Below, in pieces: positions 46,831 through 55,750 of a stretch of 64,000 nucleotides of DNA. Where the stretch lies: NCBI GenBank assembly GCA_963833225.1, contig CAWHXD010000008.1:480001-544000 (forward strand), in the 5' to 3' direction. The stretch's first letter is position 1. Each line of letters begins with the position of its first letter. A program made the translations under genes and the position numbers. Source of the stretch: an uncultured Chloroflexia bacterium (lineage in GTDB: Bacteria; Chloroflexota; Limnocylindria; Limnocylindrales; CSP1-4). The notes beneath the pieces were generated by a model, which had not been told where the DNA came from, did no database searches, and worked only from the letters and a program-made list of their open reading frames with translations.

Positions 46831-47279
46831 CCCGCGGTCTTCACGGGACCGAGCGCGACCAGGGCGGTCGTGAACGTCACCATGTGCTTCGTGAATGGCT
46901 CGGAGCAGACCGAGCAGATGGCCGCCATGCGCAGGCGGTTGCCATCGATGCCTCGCTCCTTGAGCCCCTTCTGGGCGTCGGCCATGATCTTGCTCGAGCG
47001 CTTCGCGCAGTCGTGCAGATAGGCGCACTCGTCGCCATCGGAGGCCACGAACACGCCGTCAAAGCCGGAGTCGAACGCGTGCAGGATCCACGACGGCCGA
47101 ATGCCGCTGGTGCACGGGAGGCCGATCACGTTGACCCCGGGCGAGTAGTGCATGTGGGCACTGCCGGCGAGGTCGATACCGGGATCGCTGATGTTGTTGG
47201 TGGAGAACACGAGGATCCGGGGGACGAAGGTGTCTCCGGGAGCGTTCGGCTCCGTTGCGACGGGTGCGGTCATCGACAC
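46827..47279 (-). CDS. mvhD: MvhD/FlpD-like iron-sulfur subunit with atypical cysteine pattern
   Basis: PRILVF, GIDLAG, LPCTSGIRP, AFDSGFDGVFV, ECAY, GIDGNRLRM, CSVC. Confidence 0.8.
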   Translation of the reverse strand: MSMTAPVATEPNAPGDTFVPRILVFSTNNISDPGIDLAGSAHMHYSPGVNVIGLPCTSGIRPSWILHAFDSGFDGVFVASDGDECAYLHDCAKRSSKIMADAQKGLKERGIDGNRLRMAAICSVCSEPFTKHMVTFTTALVALGPVKTAG

Positions 47280-47355
47280 ATGGCTCCTGCGCAGGAGGGT
47301 GTCGCCGCGACGCTCCCCGAGGAGGCTCGTCGCGGCGACATGAGGAAAGTGGCGC

Positions 47356-47616
47356 CTACTTGCCGCGCGTGACGAAGACGCGGTCGTAGCCGTCCGCCTC
47401 CAGCACGCCCATGAAGTCGTGGCCCACCTTGCCGGACCAGGCGCTGATGTCGTTCTTGGTGGCGGGGTCGGTGGACCAGATCTCGATCACGGAGCCGACC
47501 GGGACCTTGACCATGCTCTTCTTGGCCTCGAGGAGCGGGCCCGGGCAGGCGGATCCGCGGGCGTCGACGACGGCGGCGGCGGTGATGGTCTGGAGCTCGG
47601 CGACGGTGGTGGTCAT
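47356..47616 (-). CDS. tusA: TusA-family sulfur carrier
   Basis: VDARGSACPGP, STDP, DISAW. Confidence 0.9.
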   Translation of the reverse strand: MTTTVAELQTITAAAVVDARGSACPGPLLEAKKSMVKVPVGSVIEIWSTDPATKNDISAWSGKVGHDFMGVLEADGYDRVFVTRGK

Positions 47617-47631
47617 GGCAGTTCGGTTCTC

Positions 47632-48000
47632 CTAGTAGGCGAGCGAGTTGGTGGCGGAGGTGATCTCGACGACGAAGCGGGCGGCCGCGACGACCTCCGC
47701 GCCCTCGACGAGCTCGTCGGGGGCGATGCCCCGGCTCTTGATGCAGGGGTTGCAGACGAGCAGCGCGGCGCCCAGCTCTCGCACGTCGGCGAGCAGCTTG
47801 GCGAGGGGCGGGAAGCCATCGGCGGAGACGGTCTCGGCCACGCCTTTCTTCATCAGCTCAACGCCGTCGGCCTGGAAGCCCAGGCTGACGGCCACGTCGG
47901 ACGCCAGGGCGGCGGCGGCCATCACGAACGGGATGGTGGCGTGCTCGGGATGGTCCGCCCCGTGGGTGACCATGAACACGAGCTTCTCTTGATCGGCCAT
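47632..48000 (-). CDS. DsrE-family protein
   Basis: THGADHPEHATIPFVMA, DGVELM, LLVCNPCIKSRGI. Confidence 0.85.
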   Translation of the reverse strand: MADQEKLVFMVTHGADHPEHATIPFVMAAAALASDVAVSLGFQADGVELMKKGVAETVSADGFPPLAKLLADVRELGAALLVCNPCIKSRGIAPDELVEGAEVVAAARFVVEITSATNSLAY

Positions 48001-48031
48001 CGGCGGCTCCTTGTGCCTCGCGCCCGGCGGG

Positions 48032-48443
48032 CTAGATGAAGACGATCTGGCCGTCGTCGGCGGCCAGGAGGAAGGTGGCGATGCCGCCCGAGGCGTCCAC
48101 GAGGGGGTCGAGGGCGGTGACATCGATGCCCAGCGTGTCGAGCGACCCGGAGCACGCGAGGATCGAGAGCGATCCCGAGCTCCTTGGCCATCCGGAAGGT
48201 GTCCAGCCACGGGATCGCCTTGGTGCCGTTGACCGGGCGGCTGGCACCGTCTGCCGTCGAATCCCAGGCCAGGCCGTGGCTTTCCTCGAGGCGCTCCATG
48301 CGGAACGCGTCGAGCGCCCAGTACTGGAGCAGGATGTTGACCGGCCGGTCCATCGCCGCGGCGCCGGCCGCGAGCGTGGCGGCGGCGTGCAGCTTGTCGG
48401 CCGTACCGGAGAACAGGACGATGTTGAGAGGCGCGTCGCTCAT
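48032..48443 (-). CDS. DsrE2/DrsH-like protein (frameshift near 48175)
   Basis: IVLFSGTADK, YWAL, AKELG / ILACSGS, GGIATFL...IVFI; RBS AGGTGA. Confidence 0.8.
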
Positions 48444-48812
48444 CGGGTGGTCACCTGTGTGGCTGAATGGGTGGGGCGTGAGTCCGTCCTCGGCCGCGGC
48501 GAGGGTGCCCAGCGCGGACAGGCGCCGGACGATCACGCTCCGCATGAGGTCGCAGGCGGCGAGGATCTCGGGGTCGGCGAGGCGGTAGCGGACCGTTCGT
48601 CCGTCGCGAGTGGCGTCCACCAGGCCGGCGGATCGCATGGCGGCAAGGTTCTGGGAGACCGTGGCCTGCGGGAGATCCAGCGCGAGCGCCAGCTCCCGCA
48701 CCTCCATCGGGTGCTCACCCAGGAGGTGCACGATCCGCAGCCGGTGCGTCCCGGCGAGCGCCCGGATGAGTCCGATCTGGATCAGATCGATCTCGGTGAC
48801 GGGGTCGAACAC
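48440..48812 (-). CDS. ArsR/SmtB-family regulator heading the operon
   Basis: ALAGTHRLRIVHLL, VSQNLAAMRSAGLV, RDGRTVRYRL, one Cys in ILAACD; stop inferred, since as assembled it reads into dsrE. Confidence 0.85.
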
Positions 48813-48847
48813 ATGACTCCTTGCCGTACGGCTCAGTAACTGTCATG

Positions 48848-48874
48848 CATATCTATATGTTCTTGACATATATA
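48848..48874 (-). promoter_or_regulatory. AT-rich inverted repeat, putative ArsR operator/promoter
   Basis: TATATGT-N5-ACATATA (48854-48872), about 40 bp upstream of arsR in a GC-rich context. Confidence 0.6.
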
Positions 48875-48969
48875 AGGTGCGGGCCGTCCGTCATGATCGG
48901 ATGGGTCAAGGGGCCCGGGCCAATTCCGGTGAGTCCCAGGCCCGTCGCGGGCACCGGGTGCGAGCTGTG

Positions 48970-49486
48970 TCAGCCGTCGAACGCAAACCAGCACAGCTCG
49001 TTGCGCCGCCGCTGGTCGTCGAGCACGAGATCCCGGATCTCGCGGGGGAGCTGGGCGCGCTGCCACTGGCACTCCAGGCGGCCGGCCGCCTCGCGCGTCG
49101 TCGTCGGGCGCTGCCGCTCGCGCCGCCCGGATCGCGTAGGCCGCGGCACCGAGCTCGTGGGCCGCCACATGGCCCACCGCCGCGGCCTGGCCGGCGGCGT
49201 ACGCGGCATGCCGTGCCGCCCCGCGCAGGTCCCTGGCCGCGGCGTTGGCATGGCCGGCCGCCGTGCGGGCCTCTCGCCACGGGATCTCACCCCGCGCCCA
49301 GGCACGCCCGAGGTCGATCGCCCGACGCGGACGGTCGTCGTTCGGCCGTGCCCGCTCGAAGTGGTGCAGCACGTGCTCCGCGCAGTCGGCCGCCCAGATC
49401 GCGAGCAGACGATGATCGTCGTCCTGGAGGCTCCCGCCGCGACGCACGGTGATGAACCGCGGATCCCGGATCTTGGGGAGGATCAC
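48970..49486 (-). CDS. Imm-5-like putative immunity protein (frameshift near 49095)
   Basis: WAADCAEHVL, DDRPRRAI, AAYAAGQAAAVGHVAAHELGAAAYA, ECQWQRAQLP. Confidence 0.75.
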
Positions 49487-49543
49487 CAGTCTGCCCCTCT
49501 CCCCCCTGTGGCCGGGCCATTCGCGCCGCCCGGCTTCAGGCGC

Positions 49544-49876
49544 TCAGCTCGACGTGGTCTGCCTCGGCATCGCGACCCACTGGAGGTACAGCGCGTCGAA
49601 CTCGGCCACGAGTCGCCCGCGTTCCTTCATCACCGCGGCCCACTCGTCGAACGCCGACCAGCCGGCGTCGGTCAGCTCGTAGTCGCGGCGTGCCGGGCCG
49701 GTGCCCGTGGACCATGTCGATCGGACCTGCCCGACCTTCTCGAGGTCCCGCAGCGTCCGGTAGACCTGGCCGACATCCACGGCGCCGTTGGTGATGCCCA
49801 GGCCCGCGAGCTCGCCGACGATGCCATACCCGTGGGCCGAGCCGTTGGCCAGGAGAGCGAGGACGAACGGCTCCAT
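49544..49876 (-). CDS. PadR-family regulator (possible frameshifted N-terminal extension to ATG 50088)
   Basis: LALLANGSAHGYGI, GQVYRTLRDLE, GPARRDYELT. Confidence 0.85.
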   Translation of the reverse strand: MEPFVLALLANGSAHGYGIVGELAGLGITNGAVDVGQVYRTLRDLEKVGQVRSTWSTGTGPARRDYELTDAGWSAFDEWAAVMKERGRLVAEFDALYLQWVAMPRQTTSS

Positions 49877-50208
49877 CCAGCGGTGGTGGGAGCCGACCTG
49901 CGCCCAGCCGCGATGGACGGGCGCCCCATGGGAATCCCGCGCCGACGCAATGCCGAGGGTCGGGTCCGGCGCCGTTGCGTCACCAGGCGGGACCGGACTC
50001 GACCGGGGCGTGGCGGGCGGGTCCGAGGCGCCGGTGCGATCAGGCCCGGGTCCTGGTCCGCGTGGGACGGACGGCGCGGATCATTCATATGCCCGGAGCA
50101 TACGGCCGATCCGCAAGACGATCTCGATGCTCGCGCCCGGCGGCCGGCCGAAGAGGCACCGAGCCGCGACGGCTCCCGCGACGCCACCGAGGCGCTAGGC
50201 TCGCGACC

Positions 50209-52107
50209 ATGACCTCCACCGACCGGACCCTGGCCGCCATCGTCGACACGTTCGTCCCCGCGGCCGGAGGCTTGCCCTCCGCGAGCGACCTCGGTGTCCA
50301 CCACCGGCTCCTCGCCGAGGTGGATGCGCTGGACCGGCCCGCGCTCCGCCGCCAGCTCGATGTCCTGCTCGCAGCGCTCGGCAACCCGCTCGGGACGCTG
50401 GCCCTGGGTGGCATCGGCAGCGGGCTGCGCGGGTTTGCGGACCTCGGCCAGGAGGCGCGCGAGGCGTACATGCGACGCCTTGCCGCGAGCCCCGTGGCCC
50501 TCAAGCGGACGGCGTTCCAGGACCTCAAGCGGCTGTCCCTGCTGCTCGCCTATGGGATCGAGGACAGCCCGTGGCGTGCCACGACCGGGTTTGTCGCGCC
50601 GGTTCCGGACCCGGCTGACTTCAGCGCCGTGAGCGTGCGCACGCCACGCGCCGGCGAGGTCCTTGACGCGGACGTCGTCGTGATCGGGTCGGGTCCCGGC
50701 GGCGGCGTGACCGCGCAGGTGCTGGCAACGGCCGGGCGGAAGGTGCTCGTCCTCGAGCGGGCCGCGATGGTCACCGAGGATGGCTTCGGGGGGCCCGAGC
50801 TCGACGGCCTCGGCGCCCTGTTCCTCGACCGCGGCCTGGCGGCGACCAGCGATCGGTGGATCTCCATCCGGGCCGCATCGGCGGTCGGCGGCGGGTCGGT
50901 CATCAACTGGGCGTCCTCGCTGCGACCCTCGGCGGCGGTCCGCGAGGAATGGCGTGCGGCGGGAGTCGGCGATGACCTCGACGAGCACTGCGCGGCGATC
51001 GAGGCGGATATCGGGGTCAACTCCGACGAGAGCCCGCACAACGGCCCCAACGGCCGGCTCGCGGCTGGCCTCGACGCGCTTGGGCTTCCCTGGGAGACGA
51101 TCCCGCGCAACGTGCACGGCTGCGGCGACTGTGGGCCGTGCGCCGTGGGTTGCCGGCGGGGTGCCAAGCAGTCGGTGCTCCGCCGCTCACTGGCAGACGC
51201 GTGCGCCGGTGGCGCGGAGATCCTGGACCGCACCGAGGCCCTGCGGGTGGTCCTCGAGGGTGGTCGGGCCGCGGGCGTCGTGGCCCGGGTGCCGGGCGGC
51301 AAGATCACCGTGCGGGCCCCGATGGTCGCGCTCGCGGGCGGGTCGATCCTGTCCCCCGCCGTCCTCCAGCGATCGGGCATCGCCGGCGGTGTGGCGGGTC
51401 GCTCGCTCCACATCCACCCCGTGACCGCGGTCGCCGGCATCTACGACGAGTCGATGTCCCCCTGGTCCGGGGTCCCGCAGAGCGTGATGAGCGACGCCTT
51501 CGCGCATATCGACGGCGCGTACGGGTTCCGGATGGAGGCCGCCCCAACCCACCCCGGCCTCATCGCCACCGGCTTCCCCTGGTGGGACAGCGCCAGCCAC
51601 CACGAGACGATGACCCGGTGCGACGGGATCGCGGCGTTCCTCGCGATCGTTCGCGATCGGACGGTTGGCCGGGTCGAGGCCGAGCGCGACGGGAGCGTGA
51701 CGGTCAGGTACGCACCCGGCGCTGCCGACCGGGCGATGCTGCGCCTGGCGGCGCTCGAGCTGGCCCGGCTCCAGCAGGCGGCCGGGGCCGAGCGGGTGAT
51801 CCCGCTGGTGACGCCGCCGCTGGAGTGGCGGCGCGGCGAGGCCTTCGAGCCGTACCTCGAGGTCCTCAAGGCGCGGCCGATCATCTCCAACCGGGTGCTG
51901 CTGTTCACGGCGCACCAGATGTCCTCGTGCCGGATCGGGCTCGACCCGCGGACGAGCGTCGCGGATCCGGACGGCCAGGTCCATGGCGTCCCGGGCCTGT
52001 GGGTGACCGACTCGTCGGCCATGCCATCGGCCAGCGGCGTCAACCCGATGCTGTCGCTGATGGCCCTGGCCCGCCGGACCGCCACGCGGATGGCGGCGTC
52101 CGCCTGA
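50209..52107 (+). CDS. GMC-family oxidoreductase (long-chain alcohol oxidase-like)
   Basis: VIGSGPGG, VGGGSVINW, CGPCAVGC, AHQMSSCRIG, SGVNPM; TAGGCT 7 nt before ATG. Confidence 0.88.
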   Translation: MTSTDRTLAAIVDTFVPAAGGLPSASDLGVHHRLLAEVDALDRPALRRQLDVLLAALGNPLGTLALGGIGSGLRGFADLGQEAREAYMRRLAASPVALKRTAFQDLKRLSLLLAYGIEDSPWRATTGFVAPVPDPADFSAVSVRTPRAGEVLDADVVVIGSGPGGGVTAQVLATAGRKVLVLERAAMVTEDGFGGPELDGLGALFLDRGLAATSDRWISIRAASAVGGGSVINWASSLRPSAAVREEWRAAGVGDDLDEHCAAIEADIGVNSDESPHNGPNGRLAAGLDALGLPWETIPRNVHGCGDCGPCAVGCRRGAKQSVLRRSLADACAGGAEILDRTEALRVVLEGGRAAGVVARVPGGKITVRAPMVALAGGSILSPAVLQRSGIAGGVAGRSLHIHPVTAVAGIYDESMSPWSGVPQSVMSDAFAHIDGAYGFRMEAAPTHPGLIATGFPWWDSASHHETMTRCDGIAAFLAIVRDRTVGRVEAERDGSVTVRYAPGAADRAMLRLAALELARLQQAAGAERVIPLVTPPLEWRRGEAFEPYLEVLKARPIISNRVLLFTAHQMSSCRIGLDPRTSVADPDGQVHGVPGLWVTDSSAMPSASGVNPMLSLMALARRTATRMAASA

Positions 52108-52117
52108 CGAGGTGCCG

Positions 52118-52840
52118 TCAACCGGCGACGAGCGCCGCGATCTCGGGGCGAAGGGCGGCGAGGTCGTCGTCAGCCGGGGCAAGCTCCTGCAGCTCCGGCT
52201 CCCCCGGCAGGGCGAGTCGCAGCAGCTCGCGCGCGGGATCGAGACGGCCCTCCAGCGCGTGGTAGCAGGCGAGGTTGTACCGGGCGAAGGCGGCCGACCG
52301 CGAGGGCCACCGGCCCCGCCCGACGGAGGCCTCCACCGTGGCCGCGAGGGCAGCCACGCGGTCCGACAGGTGCACGCGGGCAGCCACGGCCGGCAGGTGG
52401 GCCAGGTCGTGCTCCGGCCCGTTGCCGAGGGTCGTGCCCACGATCCGGTCCTGCGCGAGCGTCGCGTCGTCGGCGGCACGGATCTCGGTGATCAACAGGT
52501 CAGTGGCGGCATCGGCATCGGCGACGACCTGCTCCCAGGTCCAGCCGGCCCGCTCCGCGTGGATGGCCGCGTTCGTCGTGTCCGTCTCGGCCGCTGGCAG
52601 GTCGGGGCGGGGGTGCCCGTCGCGCAGCGCGGCCAGCCGCTCTGCGTGGTGACGCCGCCAGGCGGAGAGGTGCGCCTGGATGTCCTTGGCCGACCACCCG
52701 CCGCCGTCGGCGGGGGTGTCACGCTCCACCGGCCCGAGCGCGCCGAGAATCTCGCGCTCCGCGGCCCGGGCGTCGAGCAGCCCGTCGATCAAGCCCGCCC
52801 GCACGTCAGCCGGCGAGATGGAGGGATCGGTGTCGGTCAT
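52118..52840 (-). CDS. DinB/ClbS-like four-helix bundle with C-terminal TPR-like segment
   Basis: WSAKDIQAHL, NAAIH, EHDLAH, YNLACYHAL, DDDLAALR. Confidence 0.75.
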   Translation of the reverse strand: MTDTDPSISPADVRAGLIDGLLDARAAEREILGALGPVERDTPADGGGWSAKDIQAHLSAWRRHHAERLAALRDGHPRPDLPAAETDTTNAAIHAERAGWTWEQVVADADAATDLLITEIRAADDATLAQDRIVGTTLGNGPEHDLAHLPAVAARVHLSDRVAALAATVEASVGRGRWPSRSAAFARYNLACYHALEGRLDPARELLRLALPGEPELQELAPADDDLAALRPEIAALVAG

Positions 52841-52909
52841 CGCGGCATCGTAGCGCGCCGCTGTCGACGGCCGCACGGCCCCGAAACCCTGGGCCCGATG
52901 GCCCAGGAG

Positions 52910-52938
52910 TTGACGAGAATGCCGGTGACCGGCACCCT
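52910..52938 (+). promoter_or_regulatory. Promoter of the cys leader / cysE-cysK
   Basis: TTGACG-17 bp-CACCCT, with GTG 6 nt downstream. Confidence 0.55.
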
Positions 52939-52944
52939 TGCGGC

Positions 52945-52989
52945 GTGGCGTCCTACCGGCTCTCCTGCGCGTGTCCTCGGCGGCGATAA
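52945..52989 (+). CDS. Putative leaderless cysteine-sensing leader peptide MASYRLSCACPRRR
   Basis: GTG...TGC GCG TGT...TAA; hairpin GGCGGCG-ATAA-CGCCGCC (52979-52996) spans the stop; upstream of cysE. Confidence 0.5.
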   Translation: MASYRLSCACPRRR

Positions 52990-53153
52990 CGCCGCCTGTC
53001 CTGCGCGCGCCGCTCGTCGCCTGCGCCCGGCCCACCCGGCACTGAGGCCTGTGCCCCGGCCCCCACCTGTGGCCGCCTTCGCCTGACCACCTGGCCCCGT
53101 CCGGCGATCACGCGTTCCGCCCCCACCCCACCTACGAAGCTCCGGTGTGACCC

Positions 53154-54053
53154 ATGTCATCGCGTCGTTCCACCCATCCCGAGGCCATTCCGGGGACCGT
53201 CCCCGAGGCCCATCCGACCGACCTCGCCACCCTCGCCGCCCATATCGCCGAGGACGAGGCGGCCATGTTCCGCAAGCTGCCGGATCGCGACCTCGTCGCC
53301 GCGTTCACGGACGGGGTCGTGAACCTGCTGTTCCCCGACGGTCGTGATGCCCCGCGGACGCCCTCCGGGATCCACGCCGAGCTCGAGGCTCGATGCAACG
53401 CCCTGGTGCCGGTGCTCGCGCCGTTGCGCGACAAGCTGCCGGACACGCCAGAGCGCCTCGCCGCCGACTTCCGCGCCGGGCTGCCAGACATCCACGAGCA
53501 GCTGACCCTCGACGCCGAGGCGATCGAGGCCGGCGATCCGGCCGCCCACGGCACCGCCGAGGTCGTCCTCGCGTACCCGGGGTTCCTCGCCCTGGCCTAC
53601 TACCGGATCGCCCACGCGCTCCACCTGCGAGGCATCCCGCTGGTGCCGCGGATGATCGCGGAGATCGCCCACAGTCGCACCGGGGCGGATATCCACCCGG
53701 CGGCCCGCATCGGACGCAGCTGCTGCATCGACCACGGCACCGGGCTGGTGATCGGCGAGACCGCGGTGATCGGCGACACCGTCAAGCTCTACCAGGGCGT
53801 GACCCTCGGAGCCCTGTCGGTCAGCAAGCAGGCGTCGGGCACCAAGCGCCATCCCACGATCGAGGACCGCGTGGTGATCTACGCCAACGCCACGGTGCTC
53901 GGCGGCGACACCATCGTCGGGGCCGACTCGATCATCGGCGGCAACGTGTGGCTCACCCACTCGGTGCCCCCCAACTCCCTCGTCTACCACCAGAGCCAGG
54001 TCCGGGTCCGGACGACGGCCGAGGTTGCCGATCCCATCGACTTCGTGATCTGA
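53154..54053 (+). CDS. cysE: Serine O-acetyltransferase (EpsC-type)
   Basis: [37 protein letters not shown]. Confidence 0.95.
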   Translation: MSSRRSTHPEAIPGTVPEAHPTDLATLAAHIAEDEAAMFRKLPDRDLVAAFTDGVVNLLFPDGRDAPRTPSGIHAELEARCNALVPVLAPLRDKLPDTPERLAADFRAGLPDIHEQLTLDAEAIEAGDPAAHGTAEVVLAYPGFLALAYYRIAHALHLRGIPLVPRMIAEIAHSRTGADIHPAARIGRSCCIDHGTGLVIGETAVIGDTVKLYQGVTLGALSVSKQASGTKRHPTIEDRVVIYANATVLGGDTIVGADSIIGGNVWLTHSVPPNSLVYHQSQVRVRTTAEVADPIDFVI

Positions 54054-54064
54054 AAGGAACCACC

Positions 54065-54979
54065 ATGCCCTTCAACTCCATCCTCGAGGCCATCGGCAAC
54101 ACACCGCACGTCCGGATCAACCGGCTCTATGACCCCCGCGTCTCGGTCTGGGCCAAGCTCGAGCGCCAGAACCCGGGCGGCAGCATCAAGGACCGCATCG
54201 GGCTGGCGATGATCGAGGACGCCGAGAGCCGCGGGCTGCTCAAGGCGGGCTCGGTGATCGTCGAGCCGACCTCGGGCAACACGGGCATCGGGCTTGCGCT
54301 GGTAGCCGCGGTCAAGGGCTACCGGCTGATCCTGGTGATGCCGGAGTCGATGTCGATCGAGCGCCGCAAGCTGATGCAGCTGTACGGGGCCGAGCTCGAC
54401 CTGACGCCCCGCGAGCTGGGGATGAAGGGCGCGATTGCCCGGGCCAAGGAGATCGCCGAAGAGACACCGGGCGCCTGGATCCCGATGCAGTTCGACAACC
54501 CGGCCAACGTCGACGCCCACCGGCGGACGACGGCCGAGGAGATCGCGCGGGACTTCCCGGACGGGCTGGACTACATCGTCACCGGCGTCGGCACCGGCGG
54601 CCACATCACCGGCGTTGCCGAGGCGCTCAAGCCCCGCTGGCCGAACCTCAAGGTGTTCGCCGTGGAGCCGACGCTGTCGCCGGTCCTCTCGGGCGGCGCC
54701 GCGGGGCCCCATCCGATCCAGGGGATCGGGGCGGGGTTCATCCCGGGCGTGATGCGCACGGAGCTGCTCGACGGCATCGTGCTCGTGGAGGCCAAGGATG
54801 CGTTCGAATACGCTCGTCGGGCCGCGAGCGAGGAGGGCATCCTGATCGGCGTGTCGTCGGGGGCCTCGCTGGCCGCGGTGGCCCAGCTGCTGCCGCAGGT
54901 GGCCGACGGCTCCCGGATCCTCACCTTCACGTACGACACCGGCGAGCGCTACCTCTCCGTGGACGCCCTGTTCGGCTAG
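54065..54979 (+). CDS. cysK: Cysteine synthase A
   Basis: [40 protein letters not shown]. Confidence 0.96.
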   Translation: MPFNSILEAIGNTPHVRINRLYDPRVSVWAKLERQNPGGSIKDRIGLAMIEDAESRGLLKAGSVIVEPTSGNTGIGLALVAAVKGYRLILVMPESMSIERRKLMQLYGAELDLTPRELGMKGAIARAKEIAEETPGAWIPMQFDNPANVDAHRRTTAEEIARDFPDGLDYIVTGVGTGGHITGVAEALKPRWPNLKVFAVEPTLSPVLSGGAAGPHPIQGIGAGFIPGVMRTELLDGIVLVEAKDAFEYARRAASEEGILIGVSSGASLAAVAQLLPQVADGSRILTFTYDTGERYLSVDALFG

Positions 54980-55164
54980 ATTCGCCCCGCCGGTCGCGTT
55001 CGCGCGACGCAGGCAACCGGTACGTTCGGCGCGCCACCCCATACGACGGTCCCGTGGCGCGCCGACGCAACACGTCGGACGATTCCCCAAGTTCCAATCT
55101 CCGGCGCGCGGCCCATGACGGGGGTCCCAGGACCGCGCACCAGCAGCAATCGGAGGACCGACGC

Positions 55165-55651
55165 GTGGACACCACCGGCATTCCTGAGCCGGCCGGCTGG
55201 GAGGACCCGCTCACCGGACTGCAGGGCCCCGACTTCTGGCGACGGTCACTCGTCACCGAGGTCGCCCGCAGCGCCCGGTACCGCCGCTCCCTCGCCGTCG
55301 TGATCGTCGAGGTCAGCGGCATCGAGGCGCTGGGTGAGCACGTGGGGCTGGGATGTCGCCCGACATGCGATCCACGAGGCTGCGCAGTGCCTGCGGCGGA
55401 CCTCACGGACCAGCGATCATTGCTCCCGCATCGGCCCGGCCCGCTTTGGCGTGGCGTTGACCGAGACGGACGAGATCGCGGCCATCAACTTCGTGGAGCG
55501 TGTCCGCGAGGCCGGTCCGCGTGCCATGCCCAAGGACTTCGACAGTCTCCGGTTCAGCTTTGGCTGGGCCAGCCCCAAGCAGGGCGAGTCCGCCGACGCC
55601 GTGGTTCGCCGCGCCGAGTCACGGCTGGCCCTGGAGCTCGCCGAGGCCTGA
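55165..55651 (+). CDS. Stand-alone degenerate GGDEF-domain protein (frameshift near 55339)
   Basis: RBS GGAGG; DPLTGL, EVARSARY, RTSD, GPARF in place of GGDEF, SFG. Confidence 0.75.
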
Positions 55652-55750
55652 TCCCGCTCCCGCTCCGCGGCCCGGCGTGCGGGCGCGACCGCCCAGCGTG
55701 CCCACGCGCGGTCACCCGTGAACCGAGCCGGTCAGCTCGAACCGCGGCGG

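Noticed and set aside
47922-48812. Apparent ArsR-DsrE fusion
   Set aside because: dsrE has its own RBS (AGGTGA), and removing one base upstream makes arsR stop in an ATGA overlap; this fits the error pattern, though reads should confirm it.
39681-48812. Evidence of dissimilatory sulfate reduction, methanogenesis or canonical sHdr
   Set aside because: No aprAB, sat, dsrAB, hdrB, mvhAG or lipoate-binding genes in the window.
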